Below are positions 22,826 through 32,552 of a stretch of DNA of 64,000 bases, piece after piece (positions within the stretch are counted from its first letter, which is position 1; each line of letters begins with the position of its first letter). The stretch spans positions 128,001 to 192,000 of the forward strand of contig CAVYBH010000012.1 of NCBI GenBank assembly GCA_963766715.1, written 5' to 3'. The translations under genes were made by a program, and so were the position numbers. A model generated the notes under the pieces. It searched no databases, was not told the origin of the DNA, and saw nothing but the letters and a program-made list of their open reading frames with translations. This stretch comes from an uncultured delta proteobacterium. Its GTDB lineage: Bacteria > Myxococcota > Myxococcia > Myxococcales > Anaeromyxobacteraceae.

Positions 22826-24145
22826 CTACCCGGGCTTCTTGCGGCGCGCCTCGCGCCGGGCCCGCTTGGCGGCCAGGAAGCCGGTCCGGCGTCGCTCCTG
22901 GACGCGCTCCTCTGCCGTGGGCGGAGGCGGCCGTTCCGCCTTGGGCGCACGCTTCTCCGCGGCCCGGGCGCCGGGCACCAGCGTCCAGTGGAAGAGGCGC
23001 TTCACGACCAGGGTCGCGTAGGCGCCCGGCGGGAGGGTGAAGGCCAGGTTCACGCGCAGGCGACCCCGGTTGAGATCGTCCTTGCGCGCCTCGCCGATCA
23101 CCAGCTTCCCCGGGTGAACGAGCAGGGGGCGCTCCTCGGCGTCGAAGTGGATCTGCGGCGTGTCCTTCACCCGGAGGTCGGCCAGCGTCTGCCCCTCGCG
23201 CTCGAGCACCGACAGGGCCGCCTTCTCCACGCGGGGATCGGTGAAGCGGGAGCCCGGCGCGAGGAGCGGGAAGGTCTTCTCGCGCAGCAGGACGACGAGA
23301 TCCCGGTCGAGCTCGCGCGGGAAGAGGAGGGTCCCGGCCTGGTACCGGATGGAGACGAGCCGCGCCACGCCCACGACGTCGCGCAGGTACTGCTTCACTC
23401 CCTCGTTCCACAGCCAGCTCTGGTAGGCGAAGACCTGGAGCCCGCGCCAGCGCGGCTCGGTACGGAGGAAGGCGCCCAGGAAGTCCTGCGGATTCTTGCG
23501 CAGGTAGCGGACCACCATGTCGTACCGGTCGGCGCCGGGGTGCGGGTTCTTGCGGTCCCAGTGGCCCCAGTTCTCCTTCCAGAACTGCTTCACCTTCGCG
23601 TCGTTCGTCCGGTCGAGCTCGCTGGGCCGGGCCAGGAAGTTCTTCAGGGCGATCTCGTACTCGCCCCGCATCAGGTCCTTCACCAGGAAGCCCTGGCCGT
23701 GCTTGAGCGAGCCGAAGCGCTGGGAGTCGAAGTAGTCGACCACCCCGATCCGCCGGACCTCCGCCACCGAGGCGGGCAGCCGCGCGACGTCGTCCTCGGA
23801 GAGGTCCCGGACCGTCACGGCGAAGCGGTTGGAGGTGGTGTTGGCGGCCGAGAGGGGCTCGGCGGTGCGCCCGAGCAGCTTCAGGCGAAGGTCGGGCTCC
23901 TGCATCTCCACCTGGGTGCGGCGCACGGCGATGAGCTGCGTCGTCCGTCCCTGCTTGTCCTTCAGGCCGCAGTAGCTGATGTCCCCCGAAGGGATGCGCG
24001 CCGAGGCGCGGAGCCGCTCCACCGCCTCGAAGGTGGAGAGCTTCTGCTTGTCCATCAGGTAGACGAACCACTCGCCGCGCGGGTCCGGGTCGAATCGCCA
24101 GGACTCGGTGACCGAGAAATCCTCGGGAATCTGCTTGAGCTTCAT
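22826..24145 (-). CDS. truD: tRNA pseudouridine(13) synthase TruD
   Basis: [43 protein letters not shown]. Confidence 0.93.
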   Translation of the reverse strand: MKLKQIPEDFSVTESWRFDPDPRGEWFVYLMDKQKLSTFEAVERLRASARIPSGDISYCGLKDKQGRTTQLIAVRRTQVEMQEPDLRLKLLGRTAEPLSAANTTSNRFAVTVRDLSEDDVARLPASVAEVRRIGVVDYFDSQRFGSLKHGQGFLVKDLMRGEYEIALKNFLARPSELDRTNDAKVKQFWKENWGHWDRKNPHPGADRYDMVVRYLRKNPQDFLGAFLRTEPRWRGLQVFAYQSWLWNEGVKQYLRDVVGVARLVSIRYQAGTLLFPRELDRDLVVLLREKTFPLLAPGSRFTDPRVEKAALSVLEREGQTLADLRVKDTPQIHFDAEERPLLVHPGKLVIGEARKDDLNRGRLRVNLAFTLPPGAYATLVVKRLFHWTLVPGARAAEKRAPKAERPPPPTAEERVQERRRTGFLAAKRARREARRKKPG

Positions 24146-24164
24146 GGCGCCTCGGGCGGGCGCC

Positions 24165-24353
24165 TCACGCCGCTTGCCGGTAGAAGAGGACGATCGTCAG
24201 GCAGTGGAACTCGTTGTCGCTGGACTGGGCCACGACACGGTCGACGATCTCGAGGTCGGCATTCGCCTGGAGCCAGCGAGAGACCGACTCGCCCAGTTCC
24301 TCGCGTTCCCTGGCCTTGGTGGCCGAGAAGACCTTCACACCCGTGAACCGCAT
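24165..24353 (-). CDS. Small hypothetical protein (Cse60/DUF2758-like pattern); alternative GTG start 24371
   Basis: VKVF...LGESVSRWL...IVD...CLTIVLFY; GAGGAG RBS. Confidence 0.65.
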   Translation of the reverse strand: MRFTGVKVFSATKAREREELGESVSRWLQANADLEIVDRVVAQSSDNEFHCLTIVLFYRQAA

Positions 24354-24410
24354 CGCGCGCTCCTCGCTCACGCCGCCACCCGTCGCCAGCGCGTGTCCAA
24401 CTTCTCGAAA

Positions 24411-24439
24411 TTATTGCCTCAGCCTCTCCGGGGTGTCAA
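24411..24439 (-). promoter_or_regulatory. Sigma70-like promoter for the small protein-truD unit
   Basis: TTGACA-17 bp-CAATAA on the minus strand in an AT-enriched gap. Confidence 0.55.
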
Positions 24440-24552
24440 ACCTCCGTCTCGTCCAAACCGTCGATATCGCGGCCAATTTCATCCGGTTGAACAGGGCGCG
24501 ACGCGCGTGCTATTGCACCGGCGCCCCCGCGAAACCCTTACGGAAAGCAAAA

Positions 24553-25332
24553 ATGCTCATCGACCTCCACGTGCACAGCCGGAACACCCCGGGTTGCTCG
24601 CTCGCCCCCCGCGACGTCCTGCGACGGGCCCGAGAGGCCGGCCTGGACGGGGTGGTGTTCACCGACATGAACGGCATGGACGGGCTCGCCGAGATCCGCG
24701 AGGCCGGTGCGGCGGAGGGAATCCTGGCGCTGTGCGGCGTGGAGATCGCCACCGATCGGGGTCACTACCTGGCCTACTTCCCCGACCCGGAGAAGGTCCC
24801 TGCGCTGCCCCAGATCTTCGGGACCCCGCCGTGGCCGGTTCGCGAGGTGCTCGCCAAGGTGACGGCCATGGGGGCGGCGGTGGTGGCCGCCCACCCGTAC
24901 GACCGGTCGATCGACCGTCCCGGCGGCGACGTGATCTTCACGCTCGACGGGCTCTCGGCGATCGAGGGGCTGGAGACGCGGCGCAAGGGGGCGGTGAACG
25001 ACCTCGCCGTCGAGGCCGCCGACCACATGGGACTCCCGTGCGTGGGCGGCTCCGGTGCGAAGGACGCAACCGACGTGATCGGCAAGGCGGCCACCCTGTT
25101 CCGCGACCCGGTGCGCAGCGAGGCCGATCTCGCCGCCCAGCTCAAGGCGGGAACCGTCTTCTGCGTGGCCATTGGCGTCACCCCAGGCCCTCCCGAGGCG
25201 CGCGCGCCCCGGGGCAGCGGGGATCGCCGCGGCGACCGGGGGGGCGACCGGGGGGGACGCCGGGACGGCGGGCGCGGGGGCAGGGACGGCCACGGGCGAG
25301 GCGACGGCCGGGGCCCTCGCCGGAGCCGCTAG
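24553..25332 (+). CDS. PHP-domain protein with Arg/Gly-rich tail
   Basis: DLHVHS, GVEI, GHYL, AHP motifs; C-terminal RGG/RG repeats. Confidence 0.85.
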   Translation: MLIDLHVHSRNTPGCSLAPRDVLRRAREAGLDGVVFTDMNGMDGLAEIREAGAAEGILALCGVEIATDRGHYLAYFPDPEKVPALPQIFGTPPWPVREVLAKVTAMGAAVVAAHPYDRSIDRPGGDVIFTLDGLSAIEGLETRRKGAVNDLAVEAADHMGLPCVGGSGAKDATDVIGKAATLFRDPVRSEADLAAQLKAGTVFCVAIGVTPGPPEARAPRGSGDRRGDRGGDRGGRRDGGRGGRDGHGRGDGRGPRRSR

Positions 25333-25345
25333 CTCGCGTCGATCC

Positions 25346-26059
25346 TCAGCGCCCCTTCGAGCCACCCTTGCCTGCGTCGATCCGGACGAGCCGGTCGTCC
25401 TGGAACGCGGCCCGCCGGGGCCCGCCGTTCCAGAACCACTCCTCCGCCTGGGACGGGCGGTCCATCACGATCTTGTCGGGGTATCCCCACGCCATGGCGA
25501 CGGCCTGCCGGCTCATGCCCTCGACGACCGCCTTCTCGCGGATGGCGTCGCGGAACGGCTCCGCCAGCGCCGCGTAGATCGGGGTCGGGTCGTCGGTGGT
25601 GAGGACGCGCCCGACCTCGGCCAGCACGTCCTCGGCGCTCTCCGATTCGGAGGAGAGGACGAGGATGGCCTGGCGCGGCTCCCCCTCCACCGAGGCGACG
25701 AGCCAGGGGTTGTAGCGGGGCGTGGTGAGGGGGCGGCTCCAGACCGTGGTGCCGGTGGGGAACTGGACCGTGTCGACGAAGACGGGCGTGCCCGGGGGCA
25801 AGACCCGCGTCGGCGGGGGCGGGAGGATGGCCTGGCCGCCCGGCGATTCCAGCAGCGAGAGCTCGGTGGTCACCCGGTCGGTGAGGAGCACCTTCGAGCC
25901 GTCGCCGAAGAAGGGCCCCACGTAGACCGCCACGCGGAGGTAGCGCGGCTGCCGGGAAAGCGACCGGACCACCGTCTCGCGCCCCGCCGGGGGGATCAGC
26001 GAGGGGGGGGCGCAGGAGGCGAGGAGGGCGAGCGCGATGGCGGCGACGAGACGGCGCAT
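25346..26059 (-). CDS. Putative lipoprotein
   Basis: Lipobox LASC; C-terminal GMSRQAV.MAWGYP...EEW SmpA/BamE-like motif. Confidence 0.75.
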   Translation of the reverse strand: MRRLVAAIALALLASCAPPSLIPPAGRETVVRSLSRQPRYLRVAVYVGPFFGDGSKVLLTDRVTTELSLLESPGGQAILPPPPTRVLPPGTPVFVDTVQFPTGTTVWSRPLTTPRYNPWLVASVEGEPRQAILVLSSESESAEDVLAEVGRVLTTDDPTPIYAALAEPFRDAIREKAVVEGMSRQAVAMAWGYPDKIVMDRPSQAEEWFWNGGPRRAAFQDDRLVRIDAGKGGSKGR

Positions 26060-26106
26060 CCGGGTTCTCTACCGCATCGGGTCCGATCCGGCACTACACT
26101 CCTCTC

Positions 26107-27888
26107 ATGACCTCCGTCTCGGCCAACGCCAGGCAGGTCCTGGACCGGCGCTACCTCCTGAGGGACGACGAGGGCAAGCTGGTCGAGACTCCGGAGCAGA
26201 TGTTCCGGCGGGTGGCGCGGGCGGTGGCGCAGGCCGAGCCCCCCGCCGAGCGGGACGGCTGGGCCGAGCGCTTCGAGACGCGGATGGCCGCGCTCGAGTT
26301 CCTGCCCAACTCCCCCACGCTCATGAACGCGGGGCGGCCGCACGGCCAGCTCGCCGCCTGCTTCGTGCTCCCGGTGGCCGACGACCTCGAGTCGATCTTC
26401 GACACCCTGAAGTGGGCGGCGCTCATCCACCAGTCGGGCGGAGGCACGGGCTTCTCCTTCTCCCGGCTCCGGCCGCGCGGAGACCTCGTCCGGACGACCC
26501 ATGGCGTGGCCAGCGGGCCGGTCTCCTTCATCCGCGTCTACGACGCCGCCACCGAGACCATCAAGCAGGGGGGCGTGCGCCGCGGCGCCAACATGGCCGT
26601 GCTGCGGGTCGACCATCCGGACGTCCTCGATTTCGTGGACGCGAAGCGAGGCCCCGGCCTCGGCAACTTCAACGTGTCGGTGGGGATCACCGACGAGTTC
26701 ATGGAGGCGGTGCAGGCGGGCCGGAGCTTCGGGCTGCGCCACCCCCGCACCGGGAAGGTCGTCCGGGAGGTGCCGGCGCGCGATCTCTTCCGGCGCATCG
26801 CCGAGGACGCCTGGGCGACGGGGGAGCCCGGCCTGGTCTTCCTCGATCGCGTGAACGCGGCGAGCCCCACGCCCGACCTGGGCCCCATCGAGAGCGTGAA
26901 CCCCTGCGGCGAGCAACCGCTCCTTCCGTTCGAGGCGTGCACGCTCGGGTCGGTGAACCTCGCCCTCATGATCCAGGGCGGGCAGGTGGACTGGGAGCGG
27001 CTCGGCGGGGCGGTGCGGGACGGAGTCCGCTTCCTCGACGACGTGCTCACCGTGAACGTCTGGCCGCTGCCCCAGGTCGCGGAGGTGTCGCGCCGGAACC
27101 GGAAGATCGGGCTCGGCGTCATGGGCTGGGCCGACCTGCTCGTGCGCCTGGGCATCCCGTACGACGAGCCGCGGGCACTCGAGGTCGCGGGCGAGGTCAT
27201 GTCCTTCGTCCAGCGGGAAGCGCGCGAGGAGAGCGTGCGGCTGGCCACCCTGCGCGGACCGTTCCCGGGGTGGGGAACGAGCGCCCCGGCCGCCCGGGGG
27301 GAGCCACGCCGCCGCAACGCCACGGTCACCACCATCGCCCCTACCGGTACCCTCTCCGTCATCGCGGGCTGCTCGTCGGGGATCGAGCCCCTCTTCGCGG
27401 TGGCCTACGTCCGCCACGCGCTCGACGGGGTGGATCTTCCGGAGGAGCACCCGCTGCTCGCCGAGCGTCTCCACGGCCCCGAGGGTGCTGCGGCGCTCGC
27501 GGCCGTCCGGGCCGCCGGCCGGGCCCGGGGCGTCGCGGGGGTCCCGCCGGACGTCCAGCGTCTCTTCGCCACCGCGCACGACGTCTCGCCGGAAGCCCAC
27601 GTGCGGATGCAGGCGGCCTTCCAGCGCCACGTCGACAACGGCGTGTCGAAGACCATCAACCTGCCGGCCCACGCGCCGGTCGAGGCCGTCGAGCACGCCT
27701 TCCGGCTCGCCCACGAGCTGGGACTGAAGGGAATCACCGTCTACCGCGACGGATCGAGGGAAGGGCAGGTGCTCACGACCGGGCTCCCGGGAACGGAATG
27801 CCCGGCCTGCGGCGCGACGATGGCGCGGAGCGGCGGCTGCATGACCTGCCGGTCGTGCGGCTACGGGACCTGCGAGACGACCTCCTGA
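26107..27888 (+). CDS. nrdJ: Adenosylcobalamin-dependent (class II) ribonucleotide reductase
   Basis: PNSPTLMNAG, ACFV, GGGTG, RRGANM, NPCGEQ, TIAPTGT, SKTIN, KGITVYRDGSR; C-terminal CPACG...CRSCG. Confidence 0.93.
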   Translation: MTSVSANARQVLDRRYLLRDDEGKLVETPEQMFRRVARAVAQAEPPAERDGWAERFETRMAALEFLPNSPTLMNAGRPHGQLAACFVLPVADDLESIFDTLKWAALIHQSGGGTGFSFSRLRPRGDLVRTTHGVASGPVSFIRVYDAATETIKQGGVRRGANMAVLRVDHPDVLDFVDAKRGPGLGNFNVSVGITDEFMEAVQAGRSFGLRHPRTGKVVREVPARDLFRRIAEDAWATGEPGLVFLDRVNAASPTPDLGPIESVNPCGEQPLLPFEACTLGSVNLALMIQGGQVDWERLGGAVRDGVRFLDDVLTVNVWPLPQVAEVSRRNRKIGLGVMGWADLLVRLGIPYDEPRALEVAGEVMSFVQREAREESVRLATLRGPFPGWGTSAPAARGEPRRRNATVTTIAPTGTLSVIAGCSSGIEPLFAVAYVRHALDGVDLPEEHPLLAERLHGPEGAAALAAVRAAGRARGVAGVPPDVQRLFATAHDVSPEAHVRMQAAFQRHVDNGVSKTINLPAHAPVEAVEHAFRLAHELGLKGITVYRDGSREGQVLTTGLPGTECPACGATMARSGGCMTCRSCGYGTCETTS

Positions 27889-27902
27889 GGCGGCCGTCCT
27901 GG

Positions 27903-28745
27903 CTAGTCTTCCTCTTCCTTCGCCTCGAGGAACCGGCGGCCGAGCTCGTGGGAGCGCTGGGTGGCGGCCTCGACCGCGTTCATGAGCGTGGTGCGCAGGC
28001 CCCCTGCCTCCAGGGTATGGAGGCCGGCGATGGCGGTGCCGCCCGGGCTCGTCACCTGGTCCTTCAGCCGGCCCGGGTGCTCGCCGGTCTCGAGGAGGAG
28101 CTGCGCCGAGCCGAGGACGGTCTGGGCGGCCAGGTCCTGCGAGTTGCGCCGGTCGAGCCCCATCTTCACGCCGGCGTCGGAGAGCGCCTCGATGATGAGG
28201 AAGACGTAGGCGGGGCCCGATCCGGAGAGACCGGTCACGGCGTCGAGGAGCACCTCGTCCACGACGACGGTCTTCCCCACCGCGTCGAAGAGGGACTTCG
28301 CCTGGTCCATGTCCTCCTGCGTGGCGTGCTCGCCGGCGGAGATGGCCGTGGCGCCCGCGCCCACCAGGGCCGGGGTGTTGGGCATGGTGCGGATGATCCG
28401 GACGCCGTGGCCCACGCGTCGCTCCACGGCGGCGAGCGGCACGCCGGCGGCGATGGAGATGACGAGCTTCTTGCCGTCGAGGGCCGGGGAGATCTCGGTG
28501 AGCAGCTTGTTCATCACCTGCGGCTTCACCGAGAGCACGATGATGGAGGCCTGCTCGGCCGCGGAGCGGTTGTCGGTGGTGGTGCGGACCCCGTAGCGTT
28601 TCTCCAGCTCGGCGAGCCGGTCCTTGCGGCGGTCGGTGAGCAGGATCTCGGCGGGCGAGGCGACGCCGGCGCGGAGCATTCCCTTCACGAGGGCCTCGGC
28701 CATGTTTCCGGCACCGAGGAAGGCGATGGTCTTTCCGAGTGGCAT
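27903..28745 (-). CDS. proC: Pyrroline-5-carboxylate reductase
   Basis: GAGNMA, VKPQ, SIAAG, RTMPNTP, SGSGPAY, VTSPGGT. Confidence 0.97.
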   Translation of the reverse strand: MPLGKTIAFLGAGNMAEALVKGMLRAGVASPAEILLTDRRKDRLAELEKRYGVRTTTDNRSAAEQASIIVLSVKPQVMNKLLTEISPALDGKKLVISIAAGVPLAAVERRVGHGVRIIRTMPNTPALVGAGATAISAGEHATQEDMDQAKSLFDAVGKTVVVDEVLLDAVTGLSGSGPAYVFLIIEALSDAGVKMGLDRRNSQDLAAQTVLGSAQLLLETGEHPGRLKDQVTSPGGTAIAGLHTLEAGGLRTTLMNAVEAATQRSHELGRRFLEAKEEED

Positions 28746-28755
28746 GGAGGCCACT

Positions 28756-30234
28756 CTAGCCGATGATGAAGTCCTCGCGCACGGCGGTTCCTCGGTCGAA
28801 GCGGTCCAGGGTGAACCGGTCGAAGATCTCGTCCTTCTCCCGCCCGGTCATCCAGTCCGCCATGAGCTCCGCCACGGCCGGGGCCATCATGAAGCCGTGG
28901 CCGACGAAGCCGGAGAGCTGGAGGAAGTTGGCCGGGCCGGCAGCGCCCAGGATGGGGTTGTTGTCGGGAGTGACGTCGTAGTTGCCTGCCCACTGGCGCA
29001 TGACCTGGAGCCCGGCCGTGGATGGGATGAAGTCGGTCAGGGCGCGCGAGAAGCGGGCCAGGAAGCGGAGCGACGCGCCGTGGGAGATGCCGGCCGGCTC
29101 GGCGGGATCGCCCATGCCCCCCACGATCTCCCCGCGCTGCGACTGGGAGAAGTAGAGCCCGGTGCCGAGCGCCGAGACGAGCGGCCCGAGCCAGGGCTTG
29201 AGCGGCGTGCTCACCAGGATCTCGTGGCGGGTGGGGCGGTTCGGCAGGGAGACCCCGGCCAGCCGGGCGACCTCCGGGCTCCAGGCGCCGCAGGCGTTCA
29301 CCACCGTGTCGCAGCGGATCCGGCCGCCCGCCGTCTCCACGGAGCGCACCAGTCCGCCCGAGACCTCGAGGCCGGTGACGGGCGAGAAGGTGCGGATGGT
29401 GGCGCCGTTCCGCTCCGCGCCCGCCGCGTAGCCCCAGAGGAAGGGCCAGGGGAAGACCACGCCGTCGTCCGGATTCCAGGACGCGGCCACGAACCTCGAC
29501 CGGTCGAGCTCCGGGACCACCTCGCAGGCCTCGCCGGGCGTGAGGATGCGGGTGCGCATGCCCTGGCCCCGCTGGACGGCGAGGTTCCGCTCGAGGCGCT
29601 TCACCTGGACGTCGTCGGGCGCCAGGAAGAGGTAGCCGCCGCGACGGAACCAGACGTTCACGCCGGTCTGGCCGGCGAAGCGGGCGAAGAGCTGGAGCGA
29701 GCGGAGCGCGAGCCGGACCATGGTCGGCGTGGACCACTGGGCCCGCACCCCGCCGCCGTTGCGTCCGGAGGCACCCGAGTTGAGGTAGCTCCGCTCGAGC
29801 ACCACCACGTCGCGGACGCCGCGCTGGCCGAGCTCCCAGGCGAGGGACAGGCCGAGGATCCCGCCGCCCACGATGACCACGTCGGCGCGCTCCGGGAGCG
29901 GGCCGTTGGGCGCGGGTGGGAGCGGCCGGGGCTCGACCGGAAGGGGAACGCCCTCGTCGAGCGGCAACGTGGCGGGATCGAGCGCGGCGAGCGTCCCGAA
30001 GGTCACCGGCTGGACCGGGGGGCGGGAGGTGAAAGGCGAGATCTCGGCCGGCGTGGCCCCCAGCCGGAGAAGCTCCTGCACGACGGCGTTCAGGCAGCTC
30101 TTCCCCTGGCAGGGGCCGGTGCCGAACCCGGTGTAGCGCTTCACCGACTCGAGGTCGCGGTGGCCGCGCGCGAAGGCCCGCCGGACCTCGGAGAGGGTCA
30201 CGTCCTCGCAGGCGCAGACGACGGTCTTACCCAC
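28756..30234 (-). CDS. BFD-like Cys domain fused to DAO-family FAD oxidoreductase (sarcosine oxidase beta / proline dehydrogenase beta-like)
   Basis: CACED...GTGPCQGKSC then GGGILG, GASGRNGG, YDVTPD, GHGFM. Confidence 0.85.
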   Translation of the reverse strand: MGKTVVCACEDVTLSEVRRAFARGHRDLESVKRYTGFGTGPCQGKSCLNAVVQELLRLGATPAEISPFTSRPPVQPVTFGTLAALDPATLPLDEGVPLPVEPRPLPPAPNGPLPERADVVIVGGGILGLSLAWELGQRGVRDVVVLERSYLNSGASGRNGGGVRAQWSTPTMVRLALRSLQLFARFAGQTGVNVWFRRGGYLFLAPDDVQVKRLERNLAVQRGQGMRTRILTPGEACEVVPELDRSRFVAASWNPDDGVVFPWPFLWGYAAGAERNGATIRTFSPVTGLEVSGGLVRSVETAGGRIRCDTVVNACGAWSPEVARLAGVSLPNRPTRHEILVSTPLKPWLGPLVSALGTGLYFSQSQRGEIVGGMGDPAEPAGISHGASLRFLARFSRALTDFIPSTAGLQVMRQWAGNYDVTPDNNPILGAAGPANFLQLSGFVGHGFMMAPAVAELMADWMTGREKDEIFDRFTLDRFDRGTAVREDFIIG

Positions 30235-31513
30235 GGGCGGCCTCCCCGGCGCGACGTCCCCAGGCCGCTGCCTCGGCGGCGGTGACCGGCCGGGCCACCT
30301 CGCCTGCCGCGAAGAGCCCGGGCCGCGAGGTGGTCCCGCTTGCCGAGACGCGCGGTGCGAAGGCGGCCAGCGCAGGGTCCCAGTCCACGCCCACGCCGAG
30401 CGCGCGAAGCAGGTCGGGCGCCGGGTCGGGGGGCGCTCCCTGGGCGACCGTGTCGCACCGCAACTCGATCCCGTCGGCGAGACGGAGCGATGCCACGCGG
30501 CGGCGTCCGGTGGCGAGCAGCGGAGGCGAGCCCAGGTGGACGGCGTCCATCCCTGCCGCCCGGAACCGCTCCGCGATGGCGGCGCCCTCCGGGCCTCCTT
30601 CCAGGACGGCGAGGCTGCGCCCCGGGACGACGCCGTTCTCGGCGAGCGCGAGCGCGAGGGCCCGGCCGGAGAAGACCCCGGGGAGGTCGGCCCCGTCGAA
30701 GACGGGCGGCCGGGCGTTGCCGCCGGTGCAGACCAGGATCCGGGCGGAGCGGACGAGCCGGGTGCGCGCCGGGGCCCGGGAGACGAGCAGGCAGACCGGT
30801 TCCCCGCCGTCGTGCCAGAGCCCCACCGCGGTCGTTCCCAGCGCCACCTCGCCGCCTGCGGCCACCACGGTCGCGGAGACCTCGGCCGGCCAGGCGGCCG
30901 GTCCGAAGTCAGGCTCGAGCCCGGCGCGAAGCCGCCCGCCGGGAAGGGCATCTCGCTCGACGAGCAGGATCCGGAGCCCCGCTCGCGCGAGCTCGTCGGC
31001 GGCGCCCAGGCCCGCCGGACCCGCTCCGAGCACGAGCGCGTCGACCCGCTCGCCCGTCGGCGCCGGTCCCCGGGAGGCGACGCGGTCGGGCATCCGCCCG
31101 AAACCGGCCAGCCGGCGGGTGAAGGCCACGAGCGCCCGGTTGAGCGGGAGCGGCCGGGTCAGCATGTGGTGCACGTCGAGGCCGTGGGGCGTGAGTGGGT
31201 CGATGACGCCGAGCACGTCGCGCTCCGCGTCCGGCCAGGCGTTCTGGGTCTCGACGACCTGCCCGTCGCGACACGGGGTCCGGCAGGCGCGCTGGTTGGG
31301 CTCGCCGTCGACCCGGACCAGGCACGACCCGCAGCTGCCGGAGAGGCAGAAGGGACCGCGAGGGCGGTGGTACTTGGCGCTGCGCGAGAGGAGCGGGCGC
31401 CCGGCCGCGAGGAGCGCCGATGCAAGGCTCTCGCCCGACCGGGCCGCCACGGCGAGGCCGTCGAAGGTGAGGGTGCAGTCGGTCGCGAAGCGGGCGTCTG
31501 GAAGTCGGGACAT
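30227..31513 (-). CDS. 2Fe-2S plus Rossmann oxidoreductase (sarcosine oxidase alpha / proline dehydrogenase alpha-like)
   Basis: SRSAKYHRPRGPFCLSGSCGSC...RAC, GAGPAG, CTG, DLPGV, GLFAAGE. Confidence 0.85.
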   Translation of the reverse strand: MSRLPDARFATDCTLTFDGLAVAARSGESLASALLAAGRPLLSRSAKYHRPRGPFCLSGSCGSCLVRVDGEPNQRACRTPCRDGQVVETQNAWPDAERDVLGVIDPLTPHGLDVHHMLTRPLPLNRALVAFTRRLAGFGRMPDRVASRGPAPTGERVDALVLGAGPAGLGAADELARAGLRILLVERDALPGGRLRAGLEPDFGPAAWPAEVSATVVAAGGEVALGTTAVGLWHDGGEPVCLLVSRAPARTRLVRSARILVCTGGNARPPVFDGADLPGVFSGRALALALAENGVVPGRSLAVLEGGPEGAAIAERFRAAGMDAVHLGSPPLLATGRRRVASLRLADGIELRCDTVAQGAPPDPAPDLLRALGVGVDWDPALAAFAPRVSASGTTSRPGLFAAGEVARPVTAAEAAAWGRRAGEAARG

Positions 31514-31625
31514 GTGCGGGCGGCGGCGCGCGGAGGATAGTCCCGCGCGAGGAGGGTGGCACACGAAAAACGCGTGCGGCGTGAGCCTCCCGGGACAGCG
31601 GCGGCGCCGCGGTTATGAGGCACGG

Positions 31626-32544
31626 GTGGCGGCGATCTTCCTCTTCGTGGACGGCGTGGGCGCGGGCGGGCGCGATCCCGACGTGAACCCGCTCGCCCGG
31701 GGCGACTTCCTGCTGTCCCGGTTCGCCGGCGGGGAGGGCGAGCCACTGCCGGCCGGCGGCCGGGCGGTCCTCGCCGACGCATGCCTGGGGGTCCCGGGGC
31801 GCCCCCAGTCGGCCACCGGCCAGAGCGCCATCCTCTCCGGCGAGAACGCCCCGGCCGCGCTCGGCCAGCACCTGCTCGGCTTCCCCAATGCCCGGCTCCG
31901 GGCCTGGCTGGAGCCCCGGTCCATCTTCCGGGCGCTCGCCGCCGCCGGGCGGTCCGCCGCCTTCGCGAACGCCTACCCGGTCGCCCACCTGCACGCGCTC
32001 GGGCTCCCGGCCGTTGGCGAGCCGGAACTGCCGATGGAGGTCGTGCGGCGCCGGTCCCGGGCCTCGGCGACGACGGTGGCCTTCGCGGCCGGGAGCGGGA
32101 CGTTCCGCACCTGGGAGGACGCGCGCCAGGGCCGCGCGCTCACCCACGACATCACCGGAGCCCGCGCCAACGGGTACGGGGCCGGGATCCCGCCGCGGGA
32201 GCCCGAGGAGGCGGCAGGCGATGCTCCTCGCGGTCGCGCGCGCCCACGACCTGACCCTCTTCGAGTTCTTCGAGACCGACGAGGCCGGCCACGCCCGGTC
32301 GATGGATCGGGCGGTGGAGGCGCTCGGGCGGCTCGACCGCTTCGCCCGGACGCTGGTCGCCGGGCTCCGCGAGGGGGACTCGCTCGTGGTGGCGAGCGAT
32401 CACGGAAACGTCGAGGATCTCTCGACTCGCAACCACACCCGCAATCCGGTGCCGGTCCTGGGGTTCGGCCGGGCGGCCGCGCTGGTGGACGGAGTCGCCG
32501 ACCTCACCGGGATCGCGCCCTTGCTGCGGGCGGTCTCGGGGTAG
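31626..32544 (+). CDS. Alkaline-phosphatase-superfamily metalloenzyme, phosphopentomutase/iPGM-like (frameshift near 32220)
   Basis: FVDGVG, PQSATG, DEAGH, SDHGN, HTRNPVP. Confidence 0.82.
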
Positions 32545-32552
32545 AACGGAGC

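Noticed and set aside
18871..23040. 1389-aa HemA-HemC-HemD fusion ORF
   Set aside because: Single-base indels near 20935, 21970 and 22205 hide normal stops at 21091 and 22027, each overlapping the next start (ATGA/GTGA); separate genes
28756..31513. Hydrogen cyanide synthase or tetrameric sarcosine oxidase call
   Set aside because: No GcvT-like folate domain and no delta/gamma subunits; two-gene layout differs from hcnABC; substrate cannot be fixed from sequence
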